Source: Camelus ferus (lineage: Eukaryota). From it: a stretch of 64,000 nt of DNA. The first letter of the stretch is position 1. The number at the start of each line of letters is the position of its first letter. The position numbers and the translations under genes were made by a program. The notes beneath the pieces were generated by a model that searched no databases, had not been told where the DNA came from, and saw only the letters and a list, made by a program, of their open reading frames with translations. Where the stretch lies: NCBI RefSeq assembly GCF_009834535.1, contig NC_045697.1, forward strand, positions 82,586,001 through 82,650,000, in the 5' to 3' direction. Below are positions 23,211 to 36,651 of the stretch, in pieces.

Positions 23211-24501
23211 ATCACCAATATCCACAACAGGGCACCTATCCAAAGACTGCCAGCTACTTCCATGAGGGGGAGGAGATGACATCTATGAAGATATTCTTTT
23301 CAACACCAAATCAAGTTGCTGACAAAAAAGATTCACTGAATTCCAGGATAAAGCCCCATGTGTGCAATAATAGCAAACAAAATGCCTTTAGAGATGGGAG
23401 AGAAGGGGTATCTAGAGCCTTTACTTTGGAAAATATCATTCATTGATTAGTTCTTGATTGGATAATGGTTCACCCAAGAAAAACATTTTCCAGTCTATTC
23501 AAGTAAGGGACTATCATCAAGCATAGAATATGTGGTCACAAGGAGCAACAGAGGATGAGACAAAACCACCGCCTGCTACAGCAAGGTATCTGTCAGTGGA
23601 AAAGGGAAAGCCTTCAACTGAGAGCTCTGTAAGTTCTTGCCGTAGGTTCTGTGGAATCCAGCGACATCCACAAGTGTTCTACATGTGCTTATTTAAATGA
23701 TCTTGGTCCTGAGGATCCAAATTTACATGTATTAAGATAATCTCCTAAATACTGAAAATGTATTTTTGCAGTAGAGCCTTTAATTGTTGGAAGACCCTCC
23801 TACCCCTTCCCTGGGGCCATTTTCAGTTGATACTGAAATCCAAATTGATTACAAAGCCAAAGTTTGACTTGAAAAAAAAGATGAGTTCTGGCTGTCCACA
23901 GACACTGGAAGAATGAAGTCTCTTGTCAAGGAACCAATAGGTATCACAGACATTAGCCTCTATCATGTGTCAGAAATGACCACAGCCCACATCTGAAGCC
24001 ATCTCAAACAGTTAGTTTTCATCTGTGAGCCACTTACATATATAAAGTCAGACTGATACAAAATATAATAATGTCCAGCATACCGGAATTGGCAAGGACT
24101 CCAGTAAAGTGTATTCTGAACAGAAGAATGTATTTATACAGGATTCAGCCTGAAGTACTAAGTCTTGTTTACTTGCAAAAATGGCAGACTATTAGAAAAA
24201 GAAACTGCTTTAGGTGAGTAGAAAAATCCTTTCCTTCTCCCAGATCTGGATGGCAGACATTGGATGGGGGTGGAAGGAGAAAAAGTCTCTGGTGGAAAGG
24301 TGGTCTGAGAATACTCCTAGCTCCATTCAGCGGAGTAGACACCGACCCTTGCTGGGCCTCAATCTCCACCATGAAAAAGACTTCAGATTTATCTACAAGG
24401 AGACTTCACCTCACTGAGCTGGGCACCAAATTCCATAACTAATACAGATTTAAGACTCCGGAGGCAGCATCTTCCCAGTACACCACCATTTTATCATCAA
24501 G
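23211..24501 (+). pseudogene. Candidate large decayed coding exon of an unidentified gene
   Basis: Strong polypyrimidine-AG acceptor ending at 23210 and AAG/GTGAGC donor after 24501. Non-repetitive, with protein-like stretches broken by stops and frameshifts. Confidence 0.3.
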
Positions 24502-25149
24502 GTGAGCATCGTGTAAAGCTTTAACGAAGCTATTTGTATTTGATTATGCACATTGAACAGACTGTGGAGTTTAGAACTATTTCATTAAGTGCCTCACTTA
24601 AAACAATAGATGTTTTTTTCTTAAAAGTTTTATGCACACTGTCTTTTGTCAGTACATTTACATTCTGAATTTACTAGGGCAATAAACTCGTGGTTGGTCT
24701 GCAAATAGGGTTCCAGAATTTAATTTATTGTTTTAGAAATGTATATACATACAGTTAGGTTTCTCTTACATCAAGATATCCTTGTGGCTGAGAAAATTAA
24801 ACACTTCTGAGACAAAATGAACTCTGGTTACAGACCAAGAGGTTGGTATGTAAGCCAAATGAAATAGTTATTGGTAGAATCATTGTCTATAATATTCCAT
24901 TTTTTGGGGGAAAGCACAATTTCATGTGAAAACTATTCAAAATATTTTTTTTTACTTACCAGAAATAGTTAATATTTCTTGAAATATCCTATTATATTAT
25001 AATTTAAAATCCCTGTCAAGTTTCAATGACTTTTTAAAATTAAGGGAAGTTTCTAACAAGTAAGAAAGTTGATGCTTCTTAGAGGAAAAGATACTAAACC
25101 CTTGCATTTTCATATTAGTGAATCCCTATGTTGTCAAGTGTTTCTTGAG

Positions 25150-25625
25150 CATCTACTGTGTTGGCCAGCAGAACACATGTCTCCTGTCATCAACTGCATG
25201 GAGCATAGTTATCGGACAGCCCCAGCCACTGAGCTCTGCAGTGTGTTGCCATGTTGGTTTGGGAGCCACACTTCCCAGAGGCTGCTCCCAGTCATTGGCT
25301 TACATGGCAGGGATACTAAGGCTGAGAATTCCTGGGAGACTCAGGGGTCTTCTGATGATGATTTTTATTTAAGGGCTTCCTGAGGATTCTCCAAAACTTT
25401 ACTGGTCTTTTCTGAGTACTGCACCAAAGGTGCTTCCGCCAAACTGTCTTTCCTTCTTTCCCTCTCCCCTTTACTTGTGGTCAGACTGCACGGAGGTTGG
25501 ATGGCTTGCTCAACCTTTCTCATCCCTCCGCCCCAATTTCTCTCACTGGTTTTCCCCCTAATGAATTTCCTGAACAATTTAACCCCATTTTGATTTCTAC
25601 TTATCTAAGGAGCCAGACTAACATA
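25150..25625 (+). mobile_element. Old ERVL-class LTR fragment
   Basis: LTR-like composition ending ...ccagactaaca; family assignment is by eye only. Confidence 0.4.
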
Positions 25626-25822
25626 CTATATGCCAGCTAGTTTGGTAAATGCTATGAAACATATAAACTTTCAATCAGGGTCATTGGCCCATCTGTGTTT
25701 CCTCATACCTTTCTTTAGTACCCTCACTTGTAAACTGGGGGGATTTGATTAAATTATCGTGAGGAAACTTTTGGCTCTCAACTTTTGTGAGTTTCACCAA
25801 TAGGATGATTAGTGAAGAATAC

Positions 25823-26248
25823 TGTGGTGGATTAAAGATGGCTACAAATTCTTTGTCATCTCCCTAGCCAAGAAGTTCTAGGATTGAAGCTGGCCCTATA
25901 TCATGGAGCAAGTGACACTACCAGGTCCCAGCTAAACCTTAAGAAGGATGGGCAGCTCCTATGGTCCATGTAAGCAGTTTATCTGTCCTGCTGGAGAGAA
26001 CACTCAGAGATCTCCTGAGGGGAGGAGAGGCCCTGGGTTCCATGGAGAGGGAGAGCAGCCCAGCAGCCCCACGGCCTCGGCCCCAGGCTCATCTGACCGC
26101 AGCTACCTGAGACCCAAGTGAGACCAGGAAGAGAACTACTCAGGGGATCCCGATCAACCAACAGAACCATGAGAGATATCAAAATGGTGTTGTCCCAGCC
26201 ACTGAGGTTTAGAATTGTTTGTTAGGTAGCAATAGATAACTGAGACAA
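25823..26248 (+). mobile_element. MaLR (MLT1-type) solo LTR
   Basis: tgtggtggattaaagatggctacaaattcttt...ttgtttgttaggtagcaatagataactgagaca are typical MLT1 termini. Confidence 0.7.
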
Positions 26249-28727
26249 ATGTTACGTCTCAATATCACAATGAATATAGTTATATTTTATACCTTTAAAT
26301 TATATATTTCAGTTCACTTATTGAACAAATATTGAATGAATATATTAAATGTATTTAATACACACATATTTCTGTGGACACATAAATATATACGTGTGTA
26401 TGTGTGTGTGTACATACGTTCACAATGTATGTGTAGGTATATGTGTATGAGTATTTATATAGCAGGGTGTGTGTGTGTGTGTGCACGCGTGTAGCCATAT
26501 AAATTGTATGAAGGATTTTCAGATACAAAGCAAAGGCCATGATGGTAGAGATAAACAGCTGTCATGAGATAAGAGAATAAAGAGACCCTGGTAACCAGGG
26601 ATGGTAGTGAGACGTATAGGAGGAGGGAGGATTTAGGCAGAGCCCTGAAGGAGGATAGGATTTGGATGTGGAAACGGAGACTGTGGGGACGGGATGGGAG
26701 GGGTGCGAGGGTACATGTTGTGTCATAGCCCCATATGCCTAGCTATGTGTAATTTAAGAAATACAGATCACCTGAGGAAGTGAAGAACTAACTGAAACTG
26801 AAGTTTCTTCATGTGAATGGTAGTTCATAGTATTGTACTTTTAATATTATATAGCTTATTGGAGTAAAATCGTAGGTTATAACTACAGGGTATAATATTT
26901 CACATCTTTCTATGTCTGTGTTACAATGGTAGCTTTTAATGTCTCTGTGAAGCGATTTTGACTGAATAGAAAATGTATTGCAACATTTTACATTTCAGAT
27001 ACCAGCATTTCACAGTTTGTTTCTTAACGTCAGAAGTGAAAGGCAGGTCACTGGTAAAATTACCTGTGATTATGCAGAAATGTATGTGCCCTCAACATTT
27101 ATGAATGATACCAGGAAACCATTGGGGGCATTTTTTCCTTTCAGGAGATGTAAAAATGCTACTCATATATTTCTTTTAATTAACACTCCATGTCCCCTTC
27201 TGTAGCTAAAGGTAACGCAGGGGTATACTGAAGTTCAAGAGGAATGGTTTTCAAAATAATGGTGATGTCAGTTATATTTCAGAGAGAGAGAGAAAGAGAA
27301 ACGATTTTCTCATCACTTCCCAAATCTACATTCAGTGACTTTACGTTGGGAGCTTGGAATGCCACGGTGGGAATATTACACTACAAAAATTGGTGACTAT
27401 TACAAACTAGGTTTTTATTTTTGGTTTTTCGTTTGTTTTATGGAGAGTAGATGGTTAAACATTTACTAGTATAACTGAGGGTAAAATTTGGCCCGATGTA
27501 TTTAAATACATACATTAAGATTAACCTAAAATCAAAACTTTCTACAGTTATTTTATTCAACTGAACTTTGTTGTAGCCAAACTGACACTTTGATGTGGAC
27601 TCCCATAAAATACTCTCTCCTGAAATCTGGTCCTGTGACAGAGCTGCTCATCTCTGCTTTGTCTCCTTAGCTCTGAATAGCTCAGGACAGACTGATGTGC
27701 ACCTGTAACTTCTTCAGCCAGGGGTGGGGCTGTAGCAGCAGGGAGAGACAAAGGTCTTGGCTCTTCAAGAGGTACCGTTAGAAGACCAGGTACAGGTGAA
27801 AAAGTATGTACACAATTCCCCTGTGAAGCCATCTCTGACCTTCTGAACTTCGTGAGACCCAGCAGTGACATACGGTCATTTCATACATCCTTTGTATTTC
27901 TCCCACAATTATCATACCGTCCTTGCTAACTGAGTTCCTTGCCCTGTCTTCTAAGTCCCAGGGCATTGTGCCTGCCTCCCCGTCTCATGTCTCAGGATGA
28001 ATTATGATTATATGATGCACTCTCTACTAAGTTCCAGGCAAACGAGTCCTTTCTCAGCTCCCCAGATAAGTCCAGCTTTTCCACCTCAGGTGTTCTCACA
28101 GCCACTTCCTTTGTCTAGACCTGTTCTCCTACACTTTGCTTGGCTTCACCTTCTCAATCCTCTGGCTTTAAATGTAAATGTTCCTGCGTCAGAAAATCCT
28201 TCCTGATGGCCAAGATCGGTCAGTTCTCCCTGCTACATACTCTCACATCAAGCATTACTTTCCCTCTGTGGTAGGTACTGGTAGTGTACATCTAACTAAT
28301 AAAGGATTATCTGTGTACTGTGGAAAGCTTCTATAAGAAGTCATGTTCACCTCTCTTGCTCTTAAATAGTAAAATGACATAACAGTATGCCAGGGAGAGA
28401 CAGAATAGAATTTTACCTGATGGCAGCCCAGGGAATACCTGTAGAATAAGTGAATAAAGAGCTTTCACTAAAATTCACAAATAAGAGCTCAGCCAACAGG
28501 GAGTCTTTAAGTCAAACCACTTTCAATGAATAGACGCTTCCATCAATCAGACTTTAAACTTTGGAGGCAATATCAACACTGTGAATGATGGTAACTCCCA
28601 GAGCCAACATGTATCAGGCACATTCAGATGTAGGATGTACCTTACACTGAACCTTACTTCAGTATCTAATGTTTCTATTCTGGGATTTCTAGAATTTAGT
28701 GGAAATATATATATTTCCACTAAAATA

Positions 28728-28729
28728 TG

Positions 28730-28769
<40 letters not shown>

Positions 28770-28818
28770 TATATATACACAAATTAATGTATTATTAAAT
28801 ATATATATATATATATTT
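28728..28818. repeat. (TA)n(CA)n compound microsatellite
   Basis: Directly visible. Confidence 0.9.
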
Positions 28819-30519
28819 TCTTCTCCATTCTCAAGACTTGACCAAGAAAAAAATTTCCACTGTTTTTTTTTAAAAAAAAAGCTGTTTAAGAAAACCTAGA
28901 GGTACTAATTATTTTCTGGAATCACAAGACAAATCATATACACAGTGATAAAACCAAATTTATGTAACACAGAGTACACTCTGCAAAGTTTTGCAAAGTA
29001 TTGATTGCAAGGTTTTACCAAATGAGCAAAGGGACACACTTATTTGTTAATGTAATCTATTTTGGTTACTCCAACACCTGAACTATACTTGGATGGAAAA
29101 AAAAAGTCATAAGTAAAACAAAATCCTCCTGGAGTTTGCTGCATAAACAGTGTAAAAGAAAAAAAAGAGAATGCCATCAGAAGATGTGTATTAGTAACGA
29201 AAGAACACCAGGTTCTTTCCAATAATTGAAATCTTTTAATCAGTCCTTGACAATATCTATCTTTCACAAAATTAACTATAAGGATGTAAACATGTTTATT
29301 TAGAGGGCTCAAAATACATTACATAAAATTGCTAAAAGTAATTTAATAATATTAGAATCCAGTACAGAACATGCTTTACTCGCAGGAGAAGAGTGTAAAA
29401 CTGTGTCATGCTAATTAACTCTGCTTCCGTAGGCAAGTGAGAAGCAAGTCTGCCTGAAGTACAACCAAGAAAACTCCCACCTCTAGAACCCTTCAAGATA
29501 GAGGGTAGGACAAATGCACTCTGTGACATTGTCTAGGTACATTACACACATACATACATATATTGATACGTAAAATAGAATATGAGTTTCTATTTCAATG
29601 CACTCTATTTTGGATTTATTTGCATTTATATTTATATTTGTGTGCATTTATTTTGTTTTGATTTGTATTTAGAAACTAGGAAGAAATGAAAAACTTTCAT
29701 GTTATTCTACCCAACTAGTCAAGGAAAAATGAACAATTACCAGCTGATTGCAATCTTACACAATTTTATGGGGCAGATCCTTTTATTACAAAGAGAGGCT
29801 TTAAAAGTGTATCAGGATAAGTCATTCACTTTTTTACAAAACTTACCTAAAAGTTTTTATTGCATCTAATCGAACAGAATTAGACACCACCTCAACCCTG
29901 AATTTCTTTGACTAAAAGACAACAGACTTGACTTTGCTCATTTAAAAGTTCCTTCACTGAAGATGGAGGCATTGTTAGCGTACAATGCAAACAAATAGGT
30001 ACACTCACTCCGAATAAAGGCAAAAGAGCTTGAGTAAGTTTTAAGAAACAGGATAGGCGAACCAAGCATTGCTTAAACACTCCCATCAGCTTAAGATAAA
30101 GGCTTCACAAGGGGTAGCGGCACCAGCGCTAAGAGGGATCTTCCTGTTACTCGACCGACACCTTAATACTAGCCACCAAAAGGCTGGCAACCTGCCAGAG
30201 GTTCCCCAAGGGGAAGTATCACAAGCAAAAAACATTTCCAAAGGACCCGTTGTGTACAACAAGGGAAGACAGAAGTGGGAAATAACAGCATTCCCAAACG
30301 CAGCAGCCAAGCTGTAATGTGACTTTAGGAATAGTTTAAATGTCAATTTTTTAACTAGCGAAATACCAAAAGGTTAATAAACATGCACATGTAAATAACC
30401 ACAGAAAGCAAAACATTTTTCAGGATTATATCTGGAGCCCGATAACCACCAAGAGACTCCCTTTTTGTTGCTTAAATAAACTTATTTAAAACAGGAGAGG
30501 AAAGGCTGATTCAATAAAA

Positions 30520-31060
30520 CGAGCGGCGGTTTCAGGACCCCCTTCAAGCCGCGAGAAACTTGTCCTGACCGTGCGCGCCACCTCTGGAGTCTGGCGCCGG
30601 GTCCGGCTTCTGGGCGAGGACCGCCCGGTCCCTGGTGATTCCCTCGGGCTGCGGGGGTCCCCGGGACCCTCCCTCCCGGGTCCTCGGCCTCCGCTGCGGC
30701 TCTCGGGGATAACGCGGTGCCGGGAGCCGGGCGGGAACGACGCGCAGGCGGCCGGTCCCCGCGGACGCGGCGGGTGGGCGCCTCGGCCGGTCCGGGAGCG
30801 CGGGCGGCGCCGGGCGGGAGCGGCTGCGGGGAGAGCGCGGCGGGCGCTCCGGGGACTCGTGCGCTCGCTCCGACGCGCTCCGCGGCCCCGGGACCCGCCC
30901 GGCCGCGCCGCCGCCGCCCTCACGCCGCCTCCCCGCTCCCGGCCCGCGCGCGCCCGCCCGCCGGGGGAAGGGGAGGGGGCGGGAGCCCGGGGCTGGAGGT
31001 GCCTTCATCCGCTGCCGGTACCTGAAGCATCGCTGACTGGGCAGCTATTTAGAGCGCCCC
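30520..31060. promoter_or_regulatory. CpG island / probable promoter
   Basis: Very GC- and CpG-rich stretch in an AT-rich background; GC boxes (GGGGCGGG at 30976-30983); G-runs at 30963-30983. Confidence 0.9.
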
Positions 31061-31789
31061 AAAGTTAGGGCACAGTCGCACACATGATCCTTTTCTACCC
31101 ACACCTAGGACGGTGCGTGGGAAGAGACCCATTATTCACTTTATGGAATAAACTTATTAGAAAAGTAGGATGACTGTCACTTGGCCCGATAGTAAGTTAA
31201 TCTAGATCGCATGTCTCCATTGTGGCTGTGGGTGCCCTCTCAGCAGCATCAGTCCTCAGGGTTGCACGTTCCTGACTACAAACAAGAGACAGACTGAGAG
31301 CTCCTAAGTAGAGGATGAACTGCTGCTTCTAAGTCCTCAGAATCCAGCACGTTGTGCCTAAACAGTGTGGGCAGAGGACAGTAAACGGTCTTGTTGAATG
31401 AGTGGAAGGAACCGATAGGAGGGAAGCTCGGTGTTTCCCTCTATTAGACAATTTTCTAAACATTGGTCCCAGACTCTCCAGGCAAGTGCAGGCCAGAAAT
31501 TGAAACAATATTTTTGTTGTTTTGTTCTTTTTTCTCCAACACAGGTGTTTGTTCATGGGACTTAGTCATCCCTCCCTCCCCCATTTTGGTTCCAGTAGCA
31601 CAAAGCACGGAAGGGCCAATCATCCTTCCCTCCCTCCATTTGCTTCAGATGATCCAAACTCCTGCCTTGACAGTAGGTGATGTGATGCAGACATGCCACT
31701 GATGTCATTATATCCACCTAATAATAGGTGTCATTTCAGAGATAAGATTGTGGCACAAGTCAGGCCCCCCAGAGTCAGAGATAACCATC

Positions 31790-32990
31790 TGTATCAACAG
31801 TTGACACGCACTTGGAATGGAAAGGAGCCTACATTCACGCTCTACATCTATGCTAACTCTCCCACCTTTAACTATCCTGTCACCTGTTATGGTAAGATCT
31901 GCAAAAAAAATCCAAACCAGCTGGACACCAGCAGAATGTCACAGTAGCCCATATAATAATCAAAGTGGATGTGCAAGAAGCGACTAGTGTCTTGGAGGCC
32001 TTGATGAAACATGTGGACTCTAGACGGTGGTGTTACCAGAGAATAGGTTCTTGTCTCATTACAGAAAGAATTCAGAGATGAGATACAGAGGATTTATTAA
32101 GTGGTAGTACTTCTCAAAGGGAGAGTGGGAAGACTCAGTTGAGTATCTGCACTGAGTTTCTTCGGCAAGCTGGTTATATGGGGTGTAAAAATGAATAGGT
32201 GGCATATTCATTGGGGAGGGAGGGCTCTGGGATCTTATTTCCTGATTTTCATCCCAGCTCCACCTCCCAAGGGGAGTAGGGATTTTTGTCCTTATTTAGT
32301 CTTATTTGGAAGAGTCATGGTGTCAGTGTGTGATGGGTACTTCTAATCTGCAAGGCTGATTTTATTGTAATGAAGACATAATGAGGCAAAGGTTACATTC
32401 AGATGGGGAAGACTCCTGCCTTTTCCCACCCTTCTTTGTCTGCCTCCAGGACACTTGTCACCCCCAAACGTGTGGTTTCTTATCAGTTAGGAAGTTCCTG
32501 CTCTTCTGTCTGTCCAAGGATGCCTGTTGTGCACAGGATGCATGGTTTCCTGCTATTTGGTCCATGTCCCCCTTTTCCTGCTCACATCTAGCTATCTGCC
32601 TGCTGTAAAAGTAGTACATAAATCCCACAAAGATATATATCAATAACACTTTTAGGGGCTCTGTGATCTGGGACATGTTAGGATATTCCTTACAAAGTAA
32701 AGGATGAATTAATACATCTGCACCACCCAGTGCCAAAAAGGAAGATCAGTGCCTGGGGTGCTTTTTTGAATTCTGAAAGCAGCACATCCCACACTTGGGA
32801 ATACTGCTTTGAGCTATATACTAGTTAATATTAACAGCTACTAGCTGGGTGGAGACGAGAGCAAGAAGAGTCTGAAGCAGGTGTGGGCTGCAGGGCAGGC
32901 AGGCTTGCTGTTTAATCATGGCAAATCCTGTGGAATTAGAGGTATCCGTGGTGGGAAGGATGTCAGGCATTATGTAAGCCCCAGGCTGTG
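31790..32990 (+). mobile_element. Ancient ERV-L-type pol (RT) remnant, interrupted by a solo LTR
   Basis: Decayed TWNG...YANSP...LEALMKHV before the LTR; INPTKI...DIPYKVKDELIHL...F*KQHIPHLGILL after it. This matches the ERV-L RT order from memory. Confidence 0.75.
32031..32610 (-). mobile_element. Solo LTR (ERV1-like), antisense
   Basis: TG terminus at 32031; AATAAA on the minus strand (tttatt ~32092); homologous along its length to 34573-35581; flanks gtgg/gtag. Confidence 0.8.
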
Positions 32991-33364
32991 GATATTAATG
33001 TCAAAGTTTATTTTTAAGTACAAAAGTTCTTCATATCCTTTTTCCTCTTGTGGCTCTTAGACAATCCTTTGTCTTATTTTTTTGCAAAAATACAAGCGAT
33101 GATTTTCATTAATATTTTAAGGTGTCGATAAAAACGAAAGCAACTCAAATCTGCTGCTTTCTCAGCTTAAGCTTTTTAAACGTTGAAAATTTGCTAAATC
33201 ATACATTGCAAGGTATCTTATTAAGGTTCATAGAAAATCTAAATGCTACCCTTTCTGCATGAGTTCATTCAACCCTCAGCTTCTCCAGGGACTGTCTGCT
33301 GTATTAAAGCAGACCTTTGGGATCACCATGCTACTCTTTCTAGTCATAGCATATCCTGTCTATA

Positions 33365-33565
33365 CCAAAGATTCTCAAACTTTGCACGGTATTAGAATCA
33401 CCTAAGGAGATTTTAAACAGCCTGCTACTGAGGCCACACTCCATACCAACTTAATCAGAATCTCTCTGGTGGAATTTAGAACAGAATTTAGAAAAGTTTC
33501 AGTATTAAAAAAAAAAAAAAAACTGCTGGTGATTCCAATTAGAAGCCAAGTTTGATACCCAGTGG
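33365..33565. mobile_element. MER5-like hAT-Charlie MITE
   Basis: ttctcaaact...tagaatcacct...aatcagaatctct...ggtgattc...ccaagtttga pattern. Confidence 0.7.
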
Positions 33566-34572
33566 CATACACTTTTCCTTGGGCATTACGTACTTGCTAC
33601 TTACTTATATTCTTGACACCTCAACAAAGAGAATTTCCCTGAGCAAATGGCCTTTCCTGTCCTGTTACTCATTTATGGATCTGCATATGTAGAAATTTAT
33701 GATGTGTTTTATTAGATAGTTGAGTATATAGGCTTTTTAACATCTTGAAACTTTATTAATATATAGCAATGATTTTCCTTATTAAAATACAAGGGATAAT
33801 TTTCAAAGTAAAATTTATGAACTATATTTTATACATGGGGAAAAGACAACAAGAATATATAAAAGAAAAAAATGTAAGCCTTAGTTTCAGAATTCTATAA
33901 AAATTTCTGATATAAATTGTTATTAAAGAGGTATAGCTGATTGTCTTTAATATGCATTGTTCTGAACTGAAGCAGTCCTGTCTATATAATTGTACTGTGC
34001 ATCCTCAGGAAATATGAAAAGTGAATGAAAAGATATGAGCATTACAGTGTGGAGTGAGGAAAAATTATGACAATTAATGAAGGTTGCATTTCTGTAAAGC
34101 AGCACTCTTATTCAAGGTGAAAATACTCATATTCAGAGTCTGTTACATTTAAGAGGCACTTCACAAAAAGTTTTTTAAGAAATATTGTTCTTTTAAGGGA
34201 AAGTTCTGTAAGATGTATACCTATTCTGTGATACTGTAGGAATAAGGATTTGGAATGCACATATTCAGGGCACCTAATGAAATAGTTACAAAATATTTGC
34301 ATTTAATAACTTCTTATTAATAAAATTTTATTTGTAACTGATTCAATTTTCTAACAAGAAACCTAATAAAACTAATAACATCAATGAGGTGATGTCATAA
34401 TTTACAAAGTATTTCACGATTGTCATCTTATTAAACACTGAGATTGCTGTGTGCGTTATTAAGCATCTTACAGGTGACCTATTCAAGGCTTAGGAGATAT
34501 ACTGACTTACTCAATCTGTATGTCAGAGACAGAGAGAAGCCTCAACTCCATTCTTTTGATTCAAAGTTGGGT

Positions 34573-35581
34573 TGTCGGCGAGCAGGTTCTTGTTTCGTCA
34601 CAGAAAGAATTCAGAAACAAGACACAGAGGTCAAGAGAGTAAAATGAGGATAGACCTAGAGATCATCATTCTAAGTGAAGTAAGCCAGAAAGAGAAAGAA
34701 AACACCACATGATGTCACTTTAATGTGGAATCTAAAAAAAAAAAAAGGAAAAGACACTATGAACTCATCTATAAAACAAAAACATAGTTTCTCGCAGACA
34801 TAGAAACAATCTTGTGGTTACTGGGGAAAGAGGGTGGTAAGAGATACATTTGGGAGTTTGAGATTTACAAATGTTAGCCACTATATGTAAAAATAGATTT
34901 TTAATAAGTTTCTTCTGTATATCGCAAGGAACTATGTTCAATATCCTGTAATAACCTTTAATAAAAAAATATGAAAATGAATATATGTCTGTATATGCAT
35001 GACTGGGACATTGTGATGTACATCAGAAATTGACACATTGTAATTGGTTGTACTTCAACTTAAAAAAGGAAAGTAAACTGAAGATTTATTAAGGGGTGGT
35101 ATGCTCACAAGGGGAGAGCAGGCAGACCCATGTGGGTACCTGCCAAGAGTTTCTTTGGCAGGCTGGTTATATAGGTGTAAAAATGAATGGGCAGAATATT
35201 CATTGATGGGGAGGAGTTTGGGGTCATCTTTCCTGATCTTCATCCCTCATCCCAGCTCCACCTTCCTGAGTAGGGAGGAGGGATTTTTTTTTTTTTTTTT
35301 TTTTTTGTCCTTACTTAGTCTTTATCTGGAAGTCAGATGAGGTTGTAATGAGCAAAAGGTTACATTCAAATGGTGGAGATTCCTGTATTGTTCCACCTTT
35401 CTTTGTCTGCCTCTAGGATACTTGTCACCCCAGAATATATGGATTCTTGTTAGTCCAGAGGTCCCTGTTTTTCTTGGTCTGTCCAAGGACCTGCCATTGT
35501 TCACAAGATATATGGCTTTCTTGCATTTGGCCCGTGCATCCCCTTTCTCTGCTCATATCTAGCTACCTGCCTACTCTAACA
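34573..35581 (-). mobile_element. Solo LTR of the same family as 32031-32610, split by an L1 tail
   Basis: TG...CA termini (tgtcgg...ctctaaca); shares cagaaagaattcag, ggtgtaaaaatgaat and aggttacattca blocks with the first copy. Confidence 0.82.
34648..35068 (+). mobile_element. L1 3' fragment inserted into the solo LTR
   Basis: gacctagagatcatcattctaagtgaagtaagccag...tacttcaacttaaaaaa; approximate TSD agagtaaaatgagga / aaagtaaactgaaga. Confidence 0.85.
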
Positions 35582-36651
35582 TTTGCTATTCTTCTTTTGA
35601 CTAAATAAACAAAAAACAAAAAAACCTCATAATACTGAGCAACTAATTTTATTGTGTTGGTAAGATATTACAATAATACCATCTTAGATATTTAAAGAAT
35701 AAAATTGTATTTGATCATTTAAATTTCTGAAAGCAGATTATTGTTTTCAAAAACACAAGGCTTTTGTAATACCTCAGTTTTTTTTTTCTTTATCCAAATA
35801 AAAGTATAATAAACAGAGTGTTATCTGTAATTGGTACAATTTTAGAGATAATTTCTTTTCTGCTTAAGAGAGAGTTAATGGGCTAACTTATCTGCCTAGA
35901 CGGAGTAAAACATCTGGTGAAAAGGGAAAATTTCTATGATTGATTTTCCTTCTATTGGCAAGTCACTTAGTATTTCTGGTATAAACCTGGAGAACCCATT
36001 TTAATGCATTTTATAATCTGAGCTTTTATATAAGGTCAACTATTTCAATGATTTGTTTTTTTAGTAGTGTTTATTTAATGATGGCAAATCAATTGCTGTC
36101 ACATATGTCTTGCCAGGAATGTTCCTTGAAAATCTCTGTAAAATCATGACCCAAATGTCATATTGTTTTTCCCCAGCTATATCTTTGACCAGAATTCACG
36201 TATCAGATCTTAATCATCCACCTCTATAACCACAGCCACAATAATATGAAAAAAGCCAAAGTGACTACTGTGCAGCCAAATAGGTAGATCTGAGTACTTC
36301 TTGGGAGAAAGGTTGACATTTCTTGTCAATAATATCAAGAATCTGTGATCAAGAATTCACTGCATACTCTGTATCAATTTATAATTAATTTATTGTATAT
36401 ACATAGTATTCTAAGAACTTGTGGTGAAGTGGAAAAAGCATGGAACTTGGAGTGAGGGGCCCCCTTCCATGTTCCTGATTCTCAAATGTGCTTCCTGGAT
36501 GAGTCATTTGGAATTCATCCTGAATTCCAGCACAAAACCATAATTTAGAATGTCTAATATAGCTATGGAGAGCTGCATTTTTATTACCTACTCAAGACAA
36601 ATTTTGAGCCTCTGTTATTCCCACTTCCACCTAAATTTTTCTTATCTATAA

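Noticed and set aside
30486..31068. Four overlapping Arg/Pro/Gly/Ala-rich ORFs of 100-165 aa
   Set aside because: Expected by-product of stop-poor CpG-island sequence; no ATG starts or recognisable domains.
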